The translations under genes were made by a program, and so were the position numbers. DNA of 64,000 nucleotides from Eledone cirrhosa (Eukaryota). The notes under the pieces were generated by a model, which was not told the origin of the DNA, searched no databases, and saw only the letters and a list, made by a program, of their open reading frames with translations. Numbering within the stretch: position 1 is the first letter of the stretch; the number at the start of each line of letters is the position of its first letter. Below are positions 56,968 through 64,000 of this stretch, one piece after another. The DNA lies in the NCBI GenBank assembly GCA_964016885.1, contig OZ024753.1, positions 18,228,001 to 18,292,000 on the forward strand, written 5' to 3'.

Positions 56968-57078
56968 CCCGCTGATGAAGCCGCATAAGCCGATGGTGCA
57001 TTGTTGCATAATATATGCAGACGGATGGTGCAGTGCATCTTACTGATGCATTAAGTGCGGCCGAAACTCGAGTCCGGG
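56968..57078 (+). ncRNA. Type I HHR, fully canonical core, GUC cleavage site, ~70-nt structured loop II
   Basis: cccg-CTGATGA-a-gccgca...tgcggc-c-GAAA-ctcgag-TC-cggg. Confidence 0.88.
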
Positions 57079-57225
57079 AACTATTATAGGCACCCGTTTT
57101 ACGTGTGTTGTATTGAAGCGAATAACTATGTGTATACTCTGGGAATGTATCTTACATTACCCATGGAGCACACTGAGATGCAACTGGTCCTGGCATTGAT
57201 AAATATGCTGGGTCCGTCAACTCCT

Positions 57226-57261
<36 letters not shown>

Positions 57262-57438
57262 GTGTGGTAAGATACCAGGTGGACCATAACGCACCAGAGG
57301 GCTCAATAGTTAGGGTAGTAGAGTCGGTAATATGAAAAGAGTCAGTTGGTATCTAGCTGTCGAAACGGCCGCAGTTCAGCCGTAGGGGTCCGGACACTTT
57401 TCCTATACACACACGCACATTATATATATATATATATC

Positions 57439-57701
57439 CAGGGAGTGTAACTTGAAATTAGTGTAGGTTCACCCAGGTTGGCACTCGATGTTTAGATTCA
57501 CGTTTGTAGCGAGGTGTAGAGTTAAACAGAATGTAAATATAATAATACAGGGACGATTTGTTAAGCCTTCAGCAGAGGTCTGACTAGCTTTTGACTTCCA
57601 GAGTCGGGCCAGATCGATACAGATCGAACTTTGAACTGATAAATAGCGAAACGCGCGTCACCCATCAATAAACGTAATGAAGGCCTAACAAATCGTCCTT
57701 G

Positions 57702-57707
<6 letters not shown>
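57439..57707 (+). mobile_element. Short HHR element (family of 11649); HHR at 57577-57662
   Basis: ggt-CTGACTA-gct...agc-GAAA-cgcgcg-TC-acc; internal inverted copy of its own 3' end at 57542-57570. Confidence 0.8.
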
Positions 57708-57748
<41 letters not shown>

Positions 57749-58546
57749 TATTGAAGTTTCCGTTGAAAATTGAAAAAGTCATAGGAGTGAAGAGTGCTCT
57801 ATGTAAGAACCAGAGCTAAATTTAATGTATAATAAACAATACAATATAATTACCTCATTACCAGAGGTTTCCCGAATAAGACGAATACAAGAAATGTCCT
57901 CATTCGTTCGTCAGACAAGGCAATTTGAAACATAGTGAAATATTTGAAAAATCTCCTCAGGAAAGGCAAAAGTTTAACGGGCAAAAAAACATATATAAAT
58001 AAAAGTAATGCAAGAGATATATAAAAAACAAAATAAGGAAATATAGTTAGGGTATGTGTATAAATGTGTGTATATTCACTCACAAATGTACATATGTGTG
58101 TATGTACAAATGCATGTGTATAGTGAAAAGATGTGTGCGTAAGTACATATATGAGGGCAATCATAACCGTGTATGTGTTACCACAAATACGTATATAATA
58201 TATGTTGAAAAAGAAATTGTAAGACAATAGAGTTAACGTACATCCAGACTCAGGTATTAAGGATTGAAATATATACACATACAAGTATGAAAGCACGCGT
58301 ATAAACAGACAAACGCGCGACCACATACATGCGAGTTATTTATACAGTGAAGGGAGTGTATCAGTCAAAGCAGTGTCAGTCTGAAGGTCGATACATAAAC
58401 AATGAAAAAATGAAAAAAATATATGTGAATAAAAAAAAATTAAAATGAAAGAGAATGTAAGAGGGAGGGGTTATCATTTATAAAGTAACCCTAGAAAGAA
58501 TAGAAAAATAGAAAAAATAGAAAAAATAGAAAACAAACAGGTTCGT

Positions 58547-58596
<50 letters not shown>

Positions 58597-58789
58597 TATA
58601 TATAAATACGTACAAACAAAAGCACAGACATGCGTACATACCTACAAAGGCGCGCATACATACACACGAAGCATATATATATATATATATATAGGCATAT
58701 GTATATCTAATCGCACGCACGCACGCAACCATATATATATATATGTGTACACACATACATACACATATATATATACACATATACAGATG

Positions 58790-59092
58790 TAAGATGGTTA
58801 AAAGAGTTCCATCTATTTTATTATGCGCATTTCAAAAACAAATATCATCATGAGATGACATTTGCGTTTTCGTCAGATAAAATAGGGATACATGATATGA
58901 AGGTTAAAAAACACTTGTGAATATATATATGCTGATTTAAAACTTCACTATTCACAAGTGTTTTTTAACCTTCATATCATGTATCCCTATTTTATCTGAC
59001 GAAAACGCAAATGTCATCTCATGATGATATTTGTTTTTGAAATGCGTATAATAAAATACATGGAACTATTTTAACCATCTTTTGATCTTACA
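58790..59092. mobile_element. Palindromic pLTR-like element (family of 12004) with HHRs at 58814-58884 (minus) and 58988-59058 (plus)
   Basis: tattttat-CTGACGA-aaacgcaaatgtcatc/gatgatatttgttttt-GAAA-tgcgca-TA-ataaaata. Confidence 0.9.
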
Positions 59093-59099
59093 TTATATA

Positions 59100-59137
<38 letters not shown>

Positions 59138-59209
59138 CATTATGAAGAGAGAAGTAACATTTAGATATAATTAGTAATAAAATGTATCATACCTAAACTG
59201 CTTCTAGAT

Positions 59210-59299
59210 TCCTCGACTACGTAGTTTCGTGGCATAGACACAAACAATACATCATAAAGATATAGAGCTTTTGCGAGGTCTGCCGACTTATCAAGAGGA
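59210..59299 (-). ncRNA. HHR with U3-A8 core variant and long loop II
   Basis: tcctc-TTGATAA-gtcggca...tgccac-GAAA-ctacgtag-TC-gagga. Confidence 0.7.
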
Positions 59300-59561
59300 T
59301 ACCTCGTTTTACTAGCCTAAGAACGCGTCTATATGATGTGAGAAAGAATCCCAAAAGGCGGCGGGGGAGACAGTCACGTGATACAATGGTCAAGAAACAG
59401 AGCTAAGCACCTTATAACCCCGAAAAAAATACTACGGAGGCGGAGGGGTTATTTATCCCGAAGCCGTAGAAGAGGTGGTTAAGGAGACGAGAAGTATGAG
59501 TAATGGCAGCTTTCCAGCAGTCACTACACTTCAAAGATTACTCGACCAGTGGGAGTTATGA

Positions 59562-59823
59562 ACAATATATTGAGAAACAAACAGATACATGCGGACACAC
59601 ACATATACATGAATATATCCACATTCATCCCTGAGTTAATGGTACTTCATAATGTACTTTTAGCTCTGATACTGGTTCAGTCTAGTCCATTCGAATTGGT
59701 CTGTCCCAGTTATTCATAGAGCAACATCGGTTAAGGTTGGCACCATTAACTCAGGGATGGATGTGGATATATTTATGTATATGTGTGTGTCCGCATGTAT
59801 CTGTGTGTTTCTCAATATATTGT
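59562..59823. repeat. Inverted repeat, ~83 bp arms, ~95 bp spacer
   Basis: acaatatattgagaaaca..ccctgagttaatggt / accattaactcaggg..tttctcaatatattgt. Confidence 0.9.
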
Positions 59824-60555
59824 ATATATATATATATATATACAAACATTGACATTAAAACGTATCTAAGTGGTTGATGTCTGAAGTGGTTTTAAATAAA
59901 TTTGTAATAAATGTAATAAAATATTTACCGAAAACAAACTAAAGTCTTCTAAACATATGAAAAGAAAACATTTGTTTAAAACCAAACAAAATATTGACTG
60001 AATTCGAGAAATAAATAGTCTTCTATCCTAGATCAAGTACATTGTTGCTTTAGATCCTATATAGACAAGTGTTTCAACAATTCATTTTATAACTACATTC
60101 ACCTAAAACATCAATAAACTAGAAAAACCAAATTCTTGATCATGAAAGAAAAAAGGAAATCGTATCGCTGGAAGCCATAGATTAAAACAGTAAAAAAAAC
60201 AAAACATAAAACAAAAAGGAAAAGCCGAGCTAAAAGAAAGGAATTAATTATAATGTAACAATAACTAAAGTAATCTCATTTGTTAGAATTGATGATTTAA
60301 CTCGACATGCTAGAGCCAAGCCGAGTTTAAGTTAAAACAGCCTAAGCTATCACTGACTGGGATGAAACACAGACCTGATGTTTGGTTTACGTAACGAACT
60401 CCTTCACTATACATAGATACTCACACAAATCCATATAAATCATAAGACAGTCCTATATTGTTATCTGCACTGCTAGAATTGATGTAATGTAATGTTAGAT
60501 ACATTTATGATATAAGCGGAGAATAAGATAAATGTATAGAAAACATTAACGAGTA

Positions 60556-60756
60556 ATATTTCTACTTTCTGCACAAGGCCAGTAATTACCCCAGTGCATT
60601 ACTGGTACTTTATTTCATCGACCTCGTAAGGATGAAAGGCACAGCTAACCTTTTCGTGAGTTGAACTCAGAACGTAACTCTATATTGAAGGACCATAACT
60701 CTATGTTGCAAAGCATGGCGTCTGATGCTCTACCGATACTGCCAAACCACTGCCTT
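60556..60756 (-). mobile_element. SINE family A (diverged)
   Basis: Core and head; flanking acattaa(c/t)gagtaa duplication. Confidence 0.85.
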
Positions 60757-61573
60757 AGACATTAATGAGTAAGATCAAAAATCTACACTGGTTATCTATT
60801 GGGGATATGAGAGTTTTAAATTTTCTTAAGATCTTAGATATCAAAGTTTTTATTTCTGCAAATATTGCATGGTCCTTCATATTTGAAATATGATTTTGCT
60901 TTAGTTAAAATATTCTCCGTAAGTATATATTGGTTGTTTGAATTTCTAAATCTCCGGTTTATCTGGAAAGCGATGAGTTATGGATATTGTACTATTTTGT
61001 GAGGTAAATTGTTGAATTTGAGCGTCAATGGTTTGAAAGGGCGGAACCTAATCCGGGATTGCTACGGAGAACTAATAATACTTAGACATAACTACAGAGC
61101 TAAAATCCAACTGATAAGTTGTAGGTTAAATACAATTATTCGCCGCTTGATTTATGCCGATGTATGCCCATAAATATCATACATACATCCAGCAATTAAT
61201 CTCTAATTTATTGTCTCTTTTATCGGACCCTCTACACGTATCTATGTACATCTATAATCTAGTTCCCCACCAACGAATCCTGATAAGAACACTTACTCAA
61301 AAACTACTACTATGTACTTACAAGCCCTCACTTATTTATTTATTTATCTCTTTATATTTTCCATTCTCTCATTTTCTTACTTTTTAAGTACCCTATCTTA
61401 TATTCTACTTTTACTTTTTACATCTGTAACTTCTCTACCTATTTACCATACATGTATTATTATTGATGTTATTGTTTAGATTATACGCTATTTTATTATT
61501 GATGTTATTGTTTTAATTATACGTTATTTCTCTATATAAATCTTGCCTCGAGGGAATTATTTTCATATCTACA

Positions 61574-61682
61574 TGCTCTGATGTGTTGACCATAGGTGAA
61601 TAATGTATTGGAGATCGGATAACGCAACATCAAGCGATTAGTGAACTCTAGACCCACATGATCAACGAAACAATTGTCAGTA
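61574..61682 (+). ncRNA. HHR-like motif (A9U) with long loop II
   Basis: tgct-CTGATGT-gttgacca...tgatcaac-GAAA-caattg-TC-agta. Confidence 0.65.
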
Positions 61683-62112
61683 CTTTAAATAAAGCCCTTA
61701 TTGCACAGCCAACCATGTTAATCTTCATTCTTTAACTATATATATAATAATTATAATGATACTAGTAATAAATGGAATATATATCACTATAGCATCATAA
61801 TTTATTTCGTTATATATATTTCAGGGATACTAAATTATAGTATACCTTCTTCAGACAAAATTTTAGATGTATAAAATGTGATATACTCATAAGAGAGATC
61901 ACATGCGATCAATTAAAAATGGGTATGTGATTCAAAATCTCAAAATTTCCTAGGATGTAAAGATATTGGGAAATATAAACAAAGAAATAAATAAGTTAGA
62001 TTAGACGCTTGAAATGTTTTTTTTAAAATAGCGTAGTTAGATTGGTCAGAGAAAAAAACCGTTAGATCGTTATATGTTATTACTAAGGGTATATATATAT
62101 ATATTTATATAA

Positions 62113-62141
<29 letters not shown>

Positions 62142-62143
<2 letters not shown>

Positions 62144-62232
62144 AGATCAAAAGATGGTTAAAAGAGTTCCAAGTATTTTATTATGCGCATTTCAAAAACA
62201 AATATCATCATGGGATGATATCTGCGTTCTTT
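62142..62232 (-). mobile_element. Fragment of the 12004/58790 family (3' half of the HHR)
   Basis: taagatcaaaagatggttaaaagagttccaagtattttattatgcgcatttc. Confidence 0.85.
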
Positions 62233-62254
62233 TCATATATATAAGTGACTATAA

Positions 62255-62356
62255 TATATGTATATGTGTGTGTATATATATATATGTGTGTGTATATATA
62301 TATATATATGTATATATATATGTGTATATATATATATGTGTATATATATATATATA

Positions 62357-62398
<42 letters not shown>

Positions 62399-62441
62399 TA
62401 TATGTATATATATATGTGTGTATATATATATATATATATGC

Positions 62442-62523
<82 letters not shown>

Positions 62524-62585
62524 GTGTGTGTATATATATGTATATATATATGTATATATATATGTATATGTATATATATATGTAT

Positions 62586-62619
<34 letters not shown>

Positions 62620-62621
62620 AT
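62255..62621. repeat. (TA)n/(TG)n microsatellite
   Basis: Direct reading. Confidence 0.95.
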
Positions 62622-64000
62622 ATGAAGACGGGTAAGGCGGCTGGTCCTTCGGAAATAGTTGCTGAGATGCTGAAGGCATCTGGTTCGGTGGGACACACCA
62701 TGGTCACCCGGATAGTTAACCAAGTCGTACAGAATGGGGTTGTTCCGAAGGACTGGCGTAGCAGCATCATCGTTAACTGCTATAAGGGAAAAGGAGATGC
62801 CCTAGATAGGAGTAACTATAGAGGCATTAAATTAATCGACCAGATCATGAAGGTCACGGAAAAAGTAATAGCGCAACTAATCAGAGAGAGAATTGATCTA
62901 GATGAAATGCAGTTCGGGTTTGTGTCAGGCAAAAGTACCACAGACGCTCTTTTCATTGTACGACAACTACAAGAGAAGTACCTAGCTAAAAGTAAACCCC
63001 TATACTTAGCTTTCGTCGACTTGGAGAAAGCCTTCGACAGAGTCCCCCGTTCCATTATCTGGTGGTCTCTTAGAAAACTAGGTGTTGAGGAATGGCTTGT
63101 GAGAGCTATACAAGCCATGTATAAAGAAACAGTCAGTAAGGTTAGAATTAACAACGAATATAGTGAAGAGTTTAGCGTAAAAGTTGGTGTCCATCAGGGC
63201 TCTGTTCTTAGCCCCCTACTATTTATTATTGCCCTTCAGGCTATAACAGAGGAGTTCAAGACCGGCTGCCCATGGGAACTCCTATACGCAGATGATCTAA
63301 CGCTCATAGCTGAATCAATGACCGAACTAGAGAAGAAATTCCAAACATGGAAGCACGGCCTAGAATCAAAAGGCCTTAAAATTAACCTGGCTAAGACAAA
63401 AGTTCTAGTTTGTAGGAAAGAAAATATGGCGGCAGTCCCATCTGGGAAATGGCCATGCTCAGTGTGTATGAAAGGCGTAGGTAGAAACTCCATTTTATGT
63501 CCCAAATGCAAAGTATGGGTGCATAAAAGATGTAGTGGGATCACAGGTAAGCTAACTAAGAACATAGATTTTACATGTGGCCGGTGCTCTGGTGCAATAA
63601 GTAGCAGCAAGTGCCCACAAAATACTAGCTCCTTCAACTGCGCAGAGGGTTCTATAGAAATAGTGGACAGCTTCCGTTACCTGGGTGACAAAATCAGCAG
63701 TGGGGGAGGGTGCTCTGAAAGTACAGTAGCTAGAGTCAGAACTGGATGGAAAAAGTTCAGAGAGCTTATACCACTATTAGCCGCTAGAGGGTTCTCCCTA
63801 AAAATGAAAGGCAGGTTATACGATGCCTGCATACGAACAGCAATGCTGCATGGCAGTGAGACCTGGGCATTGTGTGCAGAGGATATACGCAGACTAGAGA
63901 GGAACGAAGCTTGCATGCTCCGCTGGATGTGCAATAGTAATATACGTGAACGGCAAAGCATAAACGAACTAAGGAAAAAATTAGAAATAAGAGGGATCAG
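62622..64000 (+). mobile_element. 5'-truncated RTE-clade LINE reverse transcriptase ORF, open to the window edge, with PHD-like finger
   Basis: [73 protein letters not shown]; no stop seen; missing from the ORF track because no stop lies in the window. Confidence 0.95.

Noticed and set aside
62816-63961. Minus-strand ORFs over the LINE
   Set aside because: Antisense shadows of the plus-strand RT frame

Overview
This is AT-rich eukaryotic (animal) non-coding DNA in which I could not identify any host protein-coding exon. The tRNA-SINEs and RTE LINE resemble octopus repeats as I recall them, so an octopod cephalopod is inferred but not verified. The window is a mosaic of long (TA)n/(CA)n microsatellites packed with retroelements. 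It holds about 11 Penelope-like element (PLE) coding remnants from several lineages (Naiad-like CxC-x5-C-x5-C, Neptune-like, one unassigned), including a near-full-length decayed Naiad-like copy at about 41.1-45.6 kb. It also holds about 13 tRNA-SINE copies, an open RTE-type LINE reverse transcriptase with an embedded PHD-like finger running off the right edge, a 5'-inverted LINE fragment, a non-autonomous Helitron and a mariner-like MITE. The main signal, absent from the ORF track, is about 30 type I hammerhead ribozyme (HHR) motifs read by eye, intact or decayed, from more than a dozen unrelated sequence families. Most have a self-complementary helix III, and several have long structured loop II inserts. 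Many sit in fold-back (inverted-repeat) insertions in (TA)n tracts, always with the same polarity: left-arm HHR on the minus strand, right-arm HHR on the plus strand. Most ORFs in the track are microsatellite translation artefacts. All coordinates were read manually and may be off by a few bases.
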